A stretch of 64,000 bases of DNA from Hyaloraphidium curvatum SAG 235-1 (taxonomy: Eukaryota; Fungi; Monoblepharomycota), in the NCBI GenBank assembly GCA_025558095.1, contig JAIVFI010000011.1, positions 434,001 through 498,000 on the forward strand, read 5' to 3'. This document shows, one piece after another, positions 38,165 through 52,494 of this stretch; position 1 is the first letter of the stretch, and each line of letters starts with the position of its first letter. A program made the translations under genes and the position numbers. The notes below the pieces were generated by a model. That model saw only the letters and a program-made list of their open reading frames with translations. It was not told the DNA's origin and made no database searches.

Positions 38165-40667
38165 ATGATCCACGAGCTCCTCCTCGCCCTCTCGGGCATT
38201 CCGGGCGACGTCTTTGTCGCGGACGACGAGACCGGGTGCTACCGCATTCCGGACGAAATCGACTTTCTCCACTCTTCGGAGCGCTCCCTGCTCGAGGCCG
38301 TGGCGAAGCTGGGCTACGTGTACTGCCGGATCCGCGCGGTGCTCGAATCCTGGAGCAGCTCCGGGTCGGCGGCCCCCGCACGCGCCGACGCGCGCGTACC
38401 GAAGGACAGACGGCTGCAGAGCGCGGATGCCGGCGCGGAGAGGGAGCTGCCGTCGGCGTACCGGACGGCGCTGGCCAACGCGATCGAGGCCGAGGTGCTG
38501 GAAGGATACCGCGGGCTGATCGTGGAGAACGAGAAGCTGCTGCTTTCTGCGACGGCCCCGGACGACGAGGAGGTGCTCACGTCCATCGCCATGGTTTCGC
38601 ACACCTTTTCCAAGGTGAGGGCCGGCGGAGCCGCATAGACGGCACGCACGAGATGACCGGGCGGATCCCGCAGTACACAATCACCCTCCCTTACGTCTAC
38701 GACGTCGTCTCGGAAGTCCGAGCAGCCGGCATCGACATGCATGGCACCCGGCTTCTCTCATTCCTGCACTCGCGGAGCCACGTGGGCATCCCGCAGGTCC
38801 GCGACATGATGCGGGTCCTGCTGCGGCGCTGCGAGGACGTACTGCTCAAGCAGCTGTCGAGCTGGATGGTGCACGGGACCAACTTTGACCCCCACTCGGA
38901 CTGGTTCATCAAGGGGCAGGACGAAGAGGTTGCGGGACGGGGGGTCGGCGCCAACACGAGGCGCAGGGACAAGTCCAAGTGGTGGGCACTGTCGGGATCG
39001 CCGCCCATGGCTGTAGCAAACGGCGCACCTCTTCTTTCGCAGGCACACCGAGTTCACGCTGGAACCGGCTATGGTCCCCTCGTACGTTTCCGCCGAGACG
39101 GCGGAAGCCATCCTCTTTGTCGGCCGCGCGATGAACACGATGAGGACGTCGGGCTCCAATGATGGTAGGCGCAGTCGAAACTGACAAGGGCACATCATTG
39201 ACTCGAGGCAGCCGAGCTCGAATCGAGCATCCAGTCTCGCATCGCGGACCTCGAGGCGGGGGATGCCCCTTTGAGCTCCATCCAGTTCGACGCCGCCGTC
39301 GCCAGCATCCGGAAGGATGTCTCGGTCAAGATCTGGGACGTTGTCATGCGGGTCGGCGAGCTGGAGGCGATCATGAACGTCGGTCACCGTTCCGGCTGCC
39401 ATTTGTGGTATTGATCTGCTCCTGCCCACAAAGCTCTTCCGCACCGTCTTTCTGCTCGGCAACGGCCAGCTCTTTACCGCATTCATCGATGGCACCAACG
39501 AAGTGCTGGCCAAGGCGCATGCTCGGAAATCAGCGGTCAGGGAGCAAGGTTCGAATGGCAAATCCCTCGTCCCCTTCGAAACTCATGAGTAGCTTCCTAG
39601 ATATAATCCAGCTCTGGGGCGTCGTTGCGCGGGCGTTGCTATCTACGGACGACAACCTCGTGGAGTCGTTTCATTTCAGGGTTTTGGACAGGGCACAGAA
39701 CCCAGGTGAGCAAACGAGTGCGCCCGTTCTTCTGCTCTGCCCTAACAAGGGAGGCGACAGAACACTTGCCGTTTGACGACTTTCTCTTCGCCGTCCCGCT
39801 TCGCTTTTGCTACGATCTCAAGTGGCCGATGGACTTGATCTTCACGGACCGCGAGATGCAGAGGTGATTCTGATTCGACGACTTGGAAGCCTTTCCGACT
39901 CACTGGCGCCTTTGGTATCGCAGCTATTCGGTCGTGTTCACATTTCTCCTTGCAGTGAAGCAAACCCAGATGCAGCTGCAGCACGTCTTCCGCCTGATTG
40001 GGCGACAGACTGCTGATGCGGACATTGATGCTGGCGTGCGGCGCACAATGCAGAGCACCCGGACTTCGATGCAGTTCTTCCTGGACTCCCTCCTGCATTA
40101 CACGCAGTACGACATCCTGGAACCGGCCTTTGAGCAGCTCCTGCACGTCGTTCGGAGCCAGAAGGAGTTTGAGAACATCCAGAAGCACCACCGGGCCTTC
40201 CTCACTACCGTCATGACGGGCTGCTTCGTGGATGCGGAAATGTACAAGGGGGTGGGAAAGACGGTGCGGGAGACGCTGGAGCTTTGCCGGAAGTTCTGCG
40301 GCATTGCGGAGCGGCATGCCAGGGGCTCGCCGGAGTCTGTGGAAGCCGCGATCGGGGAGCTGGACGAGGTTCGCGCACGCGCTTCATCGCGGCGGCCCTT
40401 CAGGTTGACCTTCTCTGCAGGCATTTTGGCTCAAGATGTCGTCCATTTTTGAGTCGTTCTCAAGCCTTTCGAGCACGCTACGGCAGAACCAGTGCCTCGA
40501 CCAGCTGGTGCTTCGCCTCGACTTCAATGGTTTCCTCAGGTGAGCCGAATCTCGCCGTGTCGGTGCAATGCTCGACTGATCCGCACAACTATTCCAGCAC
40601 CGGGCGTGGAACGTCGTTAATCGAGAAGCGAGAGACAGAGCTTCGAGATTTGATGGCGTGGCAGTGA
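38165..40667 (+). CDS. TUBGCP4: Gamma-tubulin complex component 4
   Basis: MIHELLLALSG, QLSSWMVHG...DWFI, AEAILFVGRA, FLLGNGQLF, LKWPMDLIF, LDQLVLRLDFNGF. Confidence 0.9.
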
Positions 40668-40712
40668 AGACGCAGTCAAACTCCGACCCACACACACCCA
40701 TCATTCTGTGTC

Positions 40713-42076
40713 ATGGAGGACGCGAAGCGAAAAGAGGCATTAGGTTTCTGCAGGCGCGCTTTATGATTTCCAGGATTCCGGTCTCATTCGCGTCGGTCCC
40801 GTCTCGGTGCTTCACGCGTTCAGGGTTCCTCAAGGAGGCCGACAAGGCGTGCGTTTCCCGCTTCTGCGGTCCGGTACCGCGACAATAGAACTGATTGGAG
40901 TTTGCGGCTATTGCATCGACGGTGCCGTTGGCGTTCGTCATGGTTTTGCCGCCAGCATGAAGCCGTCGAGCATGTTCGGCATGTTCAAGGGGAAGCCGGA
41001 CTACGACGCCGCAGCGGCCAACTACGACCGTGCGGGCGAGTATTGAATTGTCAACCGTGGGACAAGGACGTGGATCTGATGCGAAATGGACCCCAGCCGG
41101 GGCGTGGAAGCAGGCTAAGTCGTTCGAGGAGGCGGCCGAGACGTACATAAAGGCGGCCGAGTGCTATAGGCAACTCGACTCGTGCGGCAAGCAGCTCGTT
41201 CTTTCTTTCTCCAGTGTGTCATGACCTGTCTCCTAGCATGTTCATGGCCGCGAAAGCGACCGAGAACGCCGCTTCGATCTACGTCAACAACCTTAAGCTT
41301 CCCGCGAAGGCCTCTGCAGCCTACAAGATCACGAGCGAGTACTATGCAGCCAACGGTTTGTGGCCCGTGAGTCCTGGAGCTTGGGATTGACGTAGCGTCT
41401 GCAGGTACACCGGACAAGGCAGCGGATGCCCTGGAGAAGGCTGCGAAGCAGGTCGAGGGAACATCGTTCGACACGGCGATCGGCTACTACCAGGAGGCGT
41501 GCGAACTGCTAGAGACGGAAGACAAGGGGCGCTTCGCGACGGATGTTTACCGCCGCGCCATCTCCCTTTTGCTGAAGAACGGGCGATTGCCGGAGGCCGC
41601 GGAGTTCATGGGGAGGTTGGGTGGCAATCTGAGGGGATTGGGAAACCGCACGCAATTGCACAAGACCGCGTTGGGGCTTGTTGTTGTCCGGCTAGCTATG
41701 GGGGACGAGATCGGCGCGCAAAAGGCGATCAACGAGTTTGAGTGGGTGCACGCATGTACCGACGCCGGCGCTGGCTGACGGTTTGCTGACCATTCGTAGC
41801 GGTGATGGCTTCTCCAACAGCGAGGAAGGCGCTGCGGCGAACGATCTTCTCGCGGCACTGACGACGGCAGACGCGGATAAGCTGCAATCGGTGCTCTCGC
41901 GCCACGTTGTTTCGTACCTGGGTAATGAGGTTACACGCCTTTCGCGGACACTGAAGGTGCCCGAGGGCCGCACTGCGCCGCCTGCCGCGCCCGCGCCCTC
42001 GGCCGACGAGCTCCAAAGAGCGACTGGTGCCATCACGGACCTGCAGGACGAGATCGAAGAAGAAGGGATCATGTAG
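40713..42076 (+). CDS. NAPG: Gamma-soluble NSF attachment protein
   Basis: MEDAKRKEALG|FLKEADKA|MKPSSMFGMFKGKPDYDAAAANYDRA|A..., GTPDKAADALEKAAK, SYLGNEVTRL, acidic C-terminus EEEGIM*. Confidence 0.85.
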
Positions 42077-42145
42077 CGAGGACTGGGTATTCTCCTTCAG
42101 CATGGGAACCGGCTACAGTGACTCGTCGTGATGTGTCCCTCTTCG

Positions 42146-43205
<1,060 letters not shown>

Positions 43206-43278
43206 GGTTTGTGAGCTGATCACCCCCATTCGCGACGCTAGCGCGCCCTCACCACCCCGCGTCGTCGGGGACTGAAGG

Positions 43279-46200
43279 ATGGTCGCCGGCCGCGGACTGC
43301 CGCCGGTCCCGCCGGAAGGTATGTTTCTATCCAGGCGGAGCGTTCAAGGCCCGGAAGCCGTTCTCTCGAGCCGTTTGGATCCCCCGCGGTCCTCCGACGG
43401 CAATCTGGCCGCCCTCCAACCGTCGCACAGCCTCTGACCCTCCGTCTCCTCATCGCCCCTCTGCACACGTTTGCTACCCTGCTCACCTCTTTGCGCTGCA
43501 GTCCAGGAGCGCCTGGACGAACTGCGGGCGCAATGGCAGTTTGCAGCCGTCTGCCAGGTGGGATCCCGCGTCCCGGGCTCCCGGCGGCCGCGATTTCGGC
43601 TGACACCGTGTGCGAATGAATTGCCGCGCCGCTCGGATCGCCAACGTACTGGCTCTGGCAGTTCTTTCACCTGTTCCACACCGCCTACGGCTGGGACAGC
43701 TTCGACACCGACGTGGGACCAGGGCATCCCTCTTGCTCCGGATCCCGCTGTTGGCTGACTGTGGCTTTGTTGCCGGCTGTCCAGACTTTCGAGCAAGAGA
43801 TGATTGCGGACGGGTTGAACTCGCACATTGTCGACATCGTAATCAAGCTTCTCCGCACACTCTCCGGCAACCCTCGGGGGATCGGGCAAGTGTCGCGCTG
43901 CCCGCCAGCCGCACCCTTGCACATCATTGACCTTTCGGTCGTGCCGTCTTGCAGAATCCATAACTGGGAGCATCACGTCCGGGAGCAGCACCTGCTGCAC
44001 GGCATCGAGGACAACCCGTTCGGAGAGGACGAGGTTGCCTTCTTCGACCTCCCACTTCTCAAAAGAGTATGTGGTCGACTTTCCGGCGCGAGATCTATTC
44101 CTATCGCCATGGTTAACGACCTTCTCGCTTTCTCCGCCTTCCGCCTTTGTCCCCCGCGCTGACTTGCCGCGGACACCGTTCGCAGCTCTTTGTCATCCAC
44201 AACTTGACAGAATGGCAATGGGACAACCCGCACAAGTTCCGCGCCATGCTTCGGATGGACGAAGACAGCGACACTGAAGAGGAATGGGTGGGTCCCATCT
44301 GGGCTGCTCGACCTCCTTCGATCTCGCTGACTCGTCCCGACAGCGCATCCAACCAATCGGCATAGACTCCTCTGGGCATTACTACTGGTTGTTCGATGGT
44401 CAGTTTTGTCTCAATACTTTTTGTGCTGCCGAGCTTGTTGTCAACTTACGCGTGCACGATCCAGACAACCGCCTGTACAAAGAGACGCTTCCTGCGCGGA
44501 AGAAGAAGGCCGCGCGTCGAAAGGGGAAGGATGAGGATGAGGAGCCGGAAGAGGAGGCCAAATGGGAGCTCGTCTGCCTGACCAAGGACGACTGGGTCGA
44601 GTTTCCGAAGCAGTTTGCGGAATCGACCAATTCGGGCGACAAGAACCTCGTCAAGTACGTCACGGAGAACGTTTTGCCGAAGGTGGTGGAGGTGCTTTCG
44701 GTGGGTCCTGCACGTCGCAATGGTCTCGTTGCCTGGGCTAAAGTCGGCATCAGGAAATCGAGCAGGAACGCAGGCGGCAGGAAGCGATCATGAACGCCCG
44801 GCGATCGACCCGTGTGCAGGCCAAGGAACTCCACAAATTGGAACAGGATCGGGTCGATTCGATCAAGAGGGAGTCGGAGGCACAGCGCCGTGCCGAGGAG
44901 GAGAAGCAGCACCAGGAGCGGATGCGCAACACGGCCGAGTCGCGAGCGGCGCGTGCCCTCGAGAGGGAGCTCAAGATGCAGATGCAGTGGGCCCAGGAGC
45001 AGGCGGAAAAGGACGAGGAGGAGCGCCAGCGCCTGCGGAAGGAGCGCCAGGCCGAAGCGCGCAAGGCTGCGGCCGCTGCGCCGGGCGGGCACAAGCGCAA
45101 GCGTGCGCCGGGGGAGCTGCCGCCGGACGACTTCGAGGACGAAGAGTACTGGTGGTTCAACTGCGGCTGCGGTGCCGAGGGCGAGAACTACGACGACGGC
45201 ACCGAAATGATCGAGTGCGACCGCTGCCACGTGTGGCAGCACACGGCGTGCTTGGGCGTGGACAGCTCCAAGTTCCGCGGGAAGGAATTCTTCTGCCCCG
45301 CATGTGAGCACGGGAAGCGCGCCAAGGTGCGGAAGGCGCCCCGCAGAACCGCGGACGAGGACGAGCGTGCCGGAGCCAGCGACTTTAGCGACCACCCCAC
45401 GGACGAGGACGATGATGGCGACGGGCGGTCGGACCCCGGCGATGGGACGGACGTTTCGGACTTTGGCGAAGGACGCCGGCGGAGGCCTGCAAGGGCGAAA
45501 CCGAAGCCGAGACCGTCGGCTTCTGCTGTGCCCGCTTCGCGCCCTCGGGCGCCGCCCAAGCAGCGCACCGCGCCTCCGCGAGCCCCGCCACAGCAGTCGC
45601 TCTTCAGGGGCCCGGCTCGCCCACCTGGGCCCGGGCCGCAAGCTGGCACGTTCAGGCCGGCCATGAACAGGCCTCCGAGCTCTTTGCCACCTGCCACCCG
45701 GCTGCCGAACGGAATGGCCGCGATCGGACCGTACCAGAACTCGCAGTCGGCGCCGCCCGGAGTGCCCTTCTCCTACATGCCCAACGGAGCGCATCCGATG
45801 GCCATTGGTGGCATGTTCCCACCCCAGTACCGCATGCCCTACGGTCTACCGCCCTCAGGCGCCTTCCCGCAGCAGGCATGGAGGCCCCAACAACCGATGC
45901 GACCCGGTGCTCCCACTGGATTCCCTTCGCTGCCCATGCCGCTTCCTGTGGGACCCGCGCAGCAGCAGCAACAGCAGCAGCAATACCGGCCGACGCAATA
46001 CCCGCAACTACCTCGGCCCCAGCAGTTTGCGCCCAATACCCAGGGGCTGTCGCCGATGCCCGGAATGAACCCGAACGCGGCGCCGGCGACGGCGGCGCCT
46101 TTCTTCCCCAGTTTCCCGCTGCCTTCGGGTGTGAGCTACGGATCGCGGCCCCAGCAGAACGCGCCTCTTCTTGCGCCGATGCAGTACAACCCGGGCAAGG

Positions 46201-46376
46201 TCTCTCAGGGCCCCGGCTTGCCGTCTGCATCTTCGGCGACGACGCTGCTCAACGGCGATCCTGCACAAAGCCACGCGGCGCAGAAGTTGCCGGCGCCGCC
46301 CCAGGTCCCTCCGCTGCCCGCGCAGTTCGCGCCCGAACAGCCCCGTTTCAACGGGAACATGAATCCCCTAGCCTAG
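43279..46376 (+). CDS. ISWI-associated chromatin protein (RSF1/CECR2-like WHIM motifs plus PHD finger, Pro/Gln-rich tail)
   Basis: LRAQWQFAAVCQ|FFHLF, W|RIQPIGIDSSGHYYWLFD|DNRLYKE, WELVC; PHD finger FNCGCG...DDGTEMIECDRCHVWQHTAC...FFCPAC. Confidence 0.75.
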
Positions 46377-46446
46377 CTCTTCCACCTGTAGATTTGATTA
46401 TCTATCTCGATTTTCCTCGAAGCAATCTTGGACCGGAAGTGTCGCG

Positions 46447-47822
46447 ATCTTTCAAAGTGGGAGCAATCACAGGTATGTTCTCTGCTTTGGGCCTTGCCAC
46501 TCTTCACTAATCATCCTACATCTTCGTTGAAAAGATACCATGCTCATGATTATTTTAAGGTGGACCCGATGCTGGGTGGTGATGCGTCCTTCCTGGCCCT
46601 CCTGGAGGCGGCTCATGCTCGGGGCATAAAGGTTGTCCTGGACGGCGTGTTCAACCATGCTTCTCGCGGCTTTCTCCAATTCCACGACGTCGCAGAGAAC
46701 GGACAACACAGTCCCTACCGGGACTGGTTCATAACCCGCGACTTTCCCCTTGCACCATACCCGTGCCCCAGCAAGCTCCACACTTCCCCCGTGGATTGCA
46801 ACTACGCCTGCTGGTGGGGGCTTCCTGCGCTGCCCAAGTTCAACACGGACACGCCCGCGGTCAGGGAGTTCCTCTATGGCGTCGCATGCCACTACATCCG
46901 CTTGGGGATTGACGGCTGGAGGCTAGATGTGCCGAACGAGATAGCTGACGACTCTTTTTGGCAAGAGTTCCGGACATGCGTGAAGGCGCTGAACCCGGAG
47001 GCGTACATCGTGGGAGAAATTTGGGACGATGCGACACGGTGGCTCCAGGGCGACCAGTTCGACGCCACGATGAACTATGCATTCACGAGGTTCTGCCTCG
47101 GCTGCTTCGGCAAGGAGACCCTGGATGAGGATTCGTTGAAGGGGACCGGCATGGGCGTCGTGAAGCGCTATAAGAGCGGCATGCAAGCGCTTGGCGACCT
47201 TGATGCAGAGCTCGATCGCTACGACTGGAACATCACCCAGGTCCAGCTCAACTTGCTCGGATCGCACGACACGCCCCGCTTCCTCACGTGCGTCCAGGGC
47301 GATGCATCGGCGTACAGCCTCTCCGTCCTCCTCGGGGTGTCCCTGCCGGGTGCTTTCTGCGTGTACTACGGTGACGAGGTCGGCATGGAGGGCGGACGCG
47401 ACCCCGACTGCAGACGTTCGATGATCTGGGACGACAAGAGCCTTTGGGACGAAGAGCAGCTGGCTTTCGTCAAGAGGATGCTCGCGATCCGCCACGCCCA
47501 TCCGGTTCTCAGGAGGGGACGCTTCAAACCTCTCTGCGGCGACATGCATCACCTAGCGTTTGCTTTTGAACGGCGCATCCAGCGCGGGGAGGACAAGCGG
47601 TTCGAACCGGCAACGGCGATCGTGGTGATGAATGCGGACCACCGGCAAGTGGACGTACACTTGGAAGAGTGTGAGCCGGGGACGTACTTCGATCTCGTCG
47701 GCGGAACTGGGCCGGTGGGCGAGGGCGCGATCCAAGTCGTCGTGGAAGGTGATGGGCGGGTGCAGATCACCGTTGCGGAGAGGACGGGCCTTGTGCTCTT
47801 GCGCTCACAGAGTTCTTTGTGA
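46447..47822 (+). CDS. GH13 alpha-glycosidase (neopullulanase/cyclomaltodextrinase-like), bacterial type, apparently 5'-truncated
   Basis: IFQSGSNHR|YHAHDYFKVDPMLGG, VLDGVFNH, catalytic GIDGWRLDV / YIVGEIW / LLGSHDTPR, YYGDEVGMEGGRDPDCRR. No in-frame ATG lies between the upstream gene's stop and these motifs. Confidence 0.85.
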
Positions 47823-47972
47823 TTTGATTCGAAGGCCCTTATTGCCGGCTTGGGCGGAATATTGCCTCTTTGTGCGCGAAACGCGAAGTCGCAGATTGAA
47901 GTAGTGACTAGAGAAGGATGAAAGGGCGCTGTGCGGTCCCCATTTTGATTCTGCGGGCCGCAAGCACCCGCG

Positions 47973-48462
47973 ATGTCCTCCTCATTGAGAACGAAAGTTC
48001 AGTCTTCGTATTCTTCGTCCTATTCGTCGGCAACGCGCCGACGCGGCGATGTGGACCCCTCGCAACCGGACACTGTGCCTTTGCTCCCCACGGACAATGC
48101 CTCGCTCGCGGCGATGAGCCTCGAGGAACGACGGCGGCTTATCGAGAAGCTCGAGGCGCGGGAGAAATCGATGTGCTGCATGGGCCTGATTCGCCTGCCA
48201 ACGACCGTCTGGGGAAACCTGGCCGTCGCCGCGGCGCTCTTTGTCGGGTTCATCCTCGTCGTTCTCGCCTTCCAGGAGGCAATGGATATTCAGAGGGTGG
48301 GTCAAGAACTGCCCTTTGGGCCGTACCGCTGCTGAATTGTTCGTGCAGGCGAACATGGACGAGGCGAAGCTAGCCAAGGCCCGTGAGAACATCCAGCACC
48401 TGGGCAACGCGACGGTGAACGCTTCGGAGCTCGCCGCGCGTTTCCATTCCGACTCGACGTGA
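47973..48462 (+). CDS. Small hypothetical single-pass membrane protein, 1 intron
   Basis: ORF with a hydrophobic segment (LAVAAALFVGFILVVLAF) and a GT-AG intron at about 48297-48348. Confidence 0.55.
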
Positions 48463-48493
48463 TACCACACAAAGACATGTGAACTACACAAGA

Positions 48494-49627
48494 TCAGGCG
48501 CCTGACGACCGCGGGTCGGAGCTTTCATCGATTGCGGCCACAAGGATTGTATCGCCGGGCTTATCGTGGTGTTGCTCTGCCCCGGCGATGCCCGCGATCG
48601 GCGCCGGCGGCGGCAGGGGCGGGAGCGGCGGGATGCCGGAGTTGTCCGTCCCGCTGCCCAGGACGTGCCGGAGCACGTAATCGTGGAGCACCCAGGTCAT
48701 CGTCCGGATGGGCAGCAGCCAGAACTTCTGGATGAAATACGTCCCACGCCCTCCGGGTTCCAGCTGGAGGCGGGACGTGAGCAGGAAGGCGGGGATGACG
48801 AGGGTGCTGCAGGGAAGCGAAGCGGGGTCAGACTACCGCCGGAAAGTGTCATGCACGAGCAACCTACCCCATGATTGCAATGGAGATGAGTCGGCCAATC
48901 TTGCGGCCCCAAGTGGCGGACGAGTCGTAGTGTGGGATCGATTCGAGATAGCTGACGTAGCTCGGATCGACGCCGCCCTGTTTCGCCCCGTCCACGACCA
49001 GCTCCTTGTAGCGCGCAGAGCAGAGGAGGTTGAACCAGACTTTCGACCCCGCTCCGAGGCTGAGAACGCGGTGGAAGGTCCTCGGGGTCCCGGAAGTGCT
49101 CTCCGCTGTCACTTCCACAATCGAATAGCCCATCGACGGCTGGCCGCCGCCTCCTTCCTGGAAGAAATGAGGCGAAATCAGGCAACCGTCGTATGCCAAC
49201 TGCAGCGAGAACCTACGGTCGCAACAATCTTCAGAAATTCGTCGCTAGTGATGCGATGGCACACCCCGTGGCAGTCCGGCTCGCTCTCCGGGGCATCCGC
49301 CGGTCGCGGTATAAGGACACCAAAGGCAGGTTCTAGGAACGGGGCTCCGCGGGCGGCATACCGCATTACCCATCCAGGGACCTTCACCGGAACCGACTCC
49401 TTCGGGAACACCTTCCGGCGGCCAGAGAGCACCTTGCTGTTGTTGTTGGAGCCATAGGATAGGTACCAGCAGTGCCCAGTCTCATCGGCCGCAGCCACTG
49501 ACTCGACGTAGGCTCTGAGCTTCCGAGCCACGGCTTCCGGCGGGTCGTCCACGGTGGGGAGCGAAGGTGCCGGCGCTGCCGTGGTCCCCACGGTAACCGC
49601 GGTTGCCTCCACCGAAGGCGTAGCCAT
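48494..49627 (-). CDS. Gamma-glutamylcyclotransferase-like (GliK-like) protein
   Basis: WYLSYGSN, LSGRRKVFP, APFLEPAF, HGVCHRIT..EF..IVAT|EGGG, SARYKELVVDGA...YVSYL. Confidence 0.8.
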
Positions 49628-49907
49628 CGAGATCCGAGTTATCGGACGTCACACGTAATCGTTTCACAGCTCCAGATGGTCACGTTCGCGGGCGGGCGGG
49701 GATCGGCACGTCAAGCCACGAGCGAGTCCGCGCGTGCCCGCGCGTGTAGAGAATCCCGTTGCGATTGGGCCTTCGATGTCGCCAAAATCTGCCACGGAAC
49801 GGATTTGGGCCCGATCAAGAGGCACGCACTGGAGTTCTGCCACGCAATCTGCGCGCGCGCGCGGGCCGCGTCCCCCGCTCGCGGGCGACGCGTCCCCAAA
49901 CAAGTTG

Positions 49908-52050
49908 ATGCGGGGCGCGTCCCCAACGATATTGGCCCGATTTCTCCTTCCCAACGTTCTCCGTACTTTCCCGCGGGCGCATGCGATAGCGCGTCGCGGG
50001 ATCCATCGCGGGCGGCTCATGTCGGACGGGCTTGACAACGCAGACGCGACCGTGCCACCCTGGGGGTCGCTGAAGCGTGCGAGGCCGGAATCGCCTCCGT
50101 GCATCCCCGGAAGATCTGGTGGAGACCCAACGATGGGTATCGAGGCGCCGGAGGGGCATTTGGAGGGCCAGAAATCCGTGCGCGGAGCCAGGCCTCCGAA
50201 GCTCCGGAAGGACAGCATCGACCTCCGCGTTGGACAGGAGCTCGACCTGCCACGAACGCCGGCGACCCTTGCTGTGGCATTGACCGAGAAGGAGCGCAGG
50301 ATTTGTGATCTCCTGGCGGACGTCACGAAGCACCTGGCCGAGGAGCATCCCGATCTTGAACCTGTCACGCTGCGTATTGCCGGGGGTTGGGTCCGGGACA
50401 AAGTGGGCCCCATTCACGTCTCCATAAAGTGCATTTGAGTGATGCGTACCCGTTGTCCAGCTCCTTGGGATCGAGTCGCACGACATTGACGTGGCAATCG
50501 ACACCATGAAGGGTTTTGATTTCGCCGAGCACGTCAACGCCTACTTGTCAAAGAAGGGATACGAAGCGAAGCACATCGGAAAGATTGCCGCGAATCCCGA
50601 CAAGTCGAAGCACCTGGAGACGGCCACCGTGAGGATCTTTGACTACGATCTCGACTTCGTCAACCTGCGGTCCGAGACTTACACCGAGCACAGTCGAGTG
50701 CCGATCATTGTCCGTGCGATGCCGCCCTTGCACTCTTGCTTTGTCTGACCAACGTTCCCCTCACTTAGGACCACGCCACTCCCGAGGAGGACGCGCTGCG
50801 CCGCGACATCACCATTAACGCCCTGTTCTACAACATTCACACGCGGGAGATCGAAGACCTGACCGGCAAGGGTCTTATGGACCTCGCCGAGGGCAGGATC
50901 CGGACTCCGCTTCCGGCCATTCAGACCTTCGTTGACGACCCGCTGCGGGTGCTGCGCGTCATCCGGTTCGCGTCCCGGTACAATTACTCGATGGCAGACG
51001 ATATTCCCGAGGCAATCCACGACGAGAGCATTCGGGTGCGTTGCAACCGCCAACAGCTTGTTTGTCGGCAGAGGTGCTCACGGATTCGGCAGAGAGCACT
51101 CAAGGTCAAGATCAGCAAGGAGCGGATCGGGGAGGAGATGCGGAAGATGCTGAAGACGAAGCATCCGCTCCGGGCTATCCGCTTCTTCCATCGGCTCGAC
51201 CTCTTTCCGATCATCTTTTTACCGCCTCCAGAAGTTGCTGATCCGGCGCCGGACAACGGCCTGCTCGCGGCCGAGTACCTCTACACCTTCCTCTCCAGCC
51301 GCGCGTCGCTTTCGGACGAGCTCAAGAAAGTGCGCGATTCCATCGACGTCACCGAGGCGGCGCACCTCTTCCTCGCCGCGGAGCTCCTGCCCTTTGCCGG
51401 TCTCACTTACCTCGAGAAGAAGAAGGAGGTGGCGGCGGTGCGGTTCGTCGTCAAGGACTCGCTGAAGCTGAGCAACGTGGAAGCGGACATGGTCTGTGCG
51501 CTCCAAGAAAACACAGGGCGCGTGGCCGATGTGGCCAATGCCGTTGCAGCCGGCGACGACGATCGTGTCAAGATCGGTGAGGCCATTTGCTCTACATTGA
51601 AATCCGATCCTCTCACCGACCTATCCCCCCCCAGGATCGCTGGTCCGCGAGCTCGGCACGCGTCCTCTGATGGACCGGTGGCCCATTGCGGTTGTCATGG
51701 CCATGATTGCGGAGTGTGTGCGAGTCCATCCCGAGGGCGACGACGCCTTCGATTTCGCGGTGCCGGTATTGGCCAAGTACGAGCACCTGTTGGCAACGGT
51801 GGAACGACTCGGACTCGGCGGCGCATGGGAGTTGAAACCCATCGTTGACGTGAGCTCTCATGCGCGGGAGCAGTCCGGTAGCTGACTTTCGATTCAGGGC
51901 CAGAAGGTGCTGTTGGCGCTGCAGATGAAGCCGGGGCCCAGGCTCAAGGCCATCCTCGATGACCTCATCAAGTGGCAGCTCGCGAACCCAGCGGCAGACG
52001 AGGAGGCCGCAACATCTTGGCTCGTGGAAACCTTTGCGGAGAAGGGCTGA
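49908..52050 (+). CDS. CCA1: CCA-adding tRNA nucleotidyltransferase
   Basis: LRIAGGWVRDK|LLGIESHDIDVAI, NPDKSKHLETAT, DFVNLRSETY, EDALRRDITINALFYN, DDPLRVLRVIRFASR. Confidence 0.95.
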
Positions 52051-52063
52051 GTCGCATAGGCAG

Positions 52064-52494
52064 TTACGACTCTGGGTCGGATTCCGCCTCCGCAAGTTCC
52101 AAGAGCTTGCTGGCCAGCTCGCCGGCAAACCGCTGCCTGAACATCGGGCTTGCAGTCTGCATGAGGGCCTCGATCGACTCGAAGGTCCGCAGCACGGTTC
52201 CTTCGGCGGCCTTGCGCGCTTCCGGATCCGTAATCGCGTCGGCGTCGCGGATCGCCGCCACCTGCGGCGGCGCGTCATGTAGCTGCCTTATATGCATGTA
52301 TCTGGAATGTGACCCACCGAAAGACCGGCCTTGGTGATAAACACGTCCAGTTCGGCGCCTTCGAGGAGGCGGACGCTGAACTCGACGGGCGGGTCCTCTT
52401 TCGTGACCGTCAGGCCCCCGAAAGCAAAGCCGTACGATCTGATAAAGTCCTCTATCTCTGCTCGCTCGTCGGAGGCCTGATCCTCGTGGGGCAT
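52064..52494 (-). CDS. GSK3-beta interaction protein (GSKIP/DUF727)-like
   Basis: VRLLEGAELDVFITKAG...FESIEALMQTASPMFRQRFAGELASKL. Confidence 0.75.

Noticed and set aside
45955-45985. CAG/CAA trinucleotide run
   Set aside because: Ordinary short polyQ tract in a low-complexity coding tail.
48494-49627. GliK-like gene as a marker of a gliotoxin-type biosynthetic cluster
   Set aside because: No NRPS, GST or other cluster genes nearby; stand-alone GGCT-like genes are common.
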